From Nitrososphaeraceae archaeon (lineage in GTDB: Archaea > Thermoproteota > Nitrososphaeria > Nitrososphaerales > Nitrososphaeraceae), in the NCBI GenBank assembly GCA_035280585.1, contig DATEFQ010000119.1, positions 1 to 59,635 on the forward strand: 59,635 nt of DNA, given 5' to 3'. The notes under the pieces are model-generated. The model saw only the letters and a program-made list of their open reading frames with translations. It was not told the DNA's origin and ran no database searches. The translations under genes and the position numbers were made by a program. Below are positions 59,392 to 59,635 of the stretch, piece by piece. Numbering within the stretch: the first letter of the stretch is position 1; every line of letters begins with the position of its first letter.

Positions 59392-59635
59392 CGCATCATA
59401 CTTTCTAGGTAGTTGGACTTTCATATTTAATTGCAACTAAGGAATTACTAATGTTTGGTAAATGTAGTAATTCATATCAGAACAAAATTGAATCCCCTTC
59501 GGGGAGATTATGACAGTGAGGATTTTAGTTTGCAAAACAATATATTCCATATAGCTATGTATGATCGTAATGTCTGACAAGATTAAGTGTTCCCATATTC
59601 TCGTAAAGAAGCAAAGTGAAGCACTCTCTATTATT

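Noticed and set aside
59514-59580. Box C/D sRNA (GTGAGGA...CTGA)
   Set aside because: No convincing internal D'/C' boxes, and the putative guides are very AT-rich
1-59635. Mobile elements, prophage, defence systems, rRNA, replication origin; remaining short overlapping ORFs in the track
   Set aside because: No transposase, integrase or viral motifs, terminal repeats, att-like tRNA duplication or ORB boxes were seen; the short ORFs overlap well-supported genes and lack motifs

Overview
AT-rich chromosomal segment of an ammonia-oxidising archaeon (Nitrososphaerota/Thaumarchaeota, most likely soil Nitrososphaeraceae). The taxonomy is inferred from gene content: futalosine-pathway mqnC/E/D, stand-alone bacterial-type HMG-CoA synthase, tetraether synthase, ESCRT-III/CdvB, an aro operon with a chorismate mutase-aminotransferase fusion, Gar1-TFB, RpoL-TFS-PCNA, GatD, S25e and Mre11-Rad50. 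It is mostly core housekeeping DNA; I saw no transposase, integrase, prophage, CRISPR array, rRNA or intein. Items the ORF track misses or does not explain: (1) a tRNA-Tyr(GUA) gene with two BHB introns and an atypical C54, whose 57-nt anticodon intron is complementary to its own D-loop and anticodon arm and carries an ACA at H/ACA-like spacing (candidate cis-acting self-guide); (2) two unlisted microproteins, one with three CxxC motifs; (3) an HExxH peptidase split by a frameshift; (4) a CutA that appears to need a non-canonical start; (5) a CBS / class III cyclase / USP / RibD-like cluster; (6) a secreted degenerate CHRD protein with nested repeats rich in N-glycosylation sequons. All functional calls come from motif recognition by eye, without database searches.
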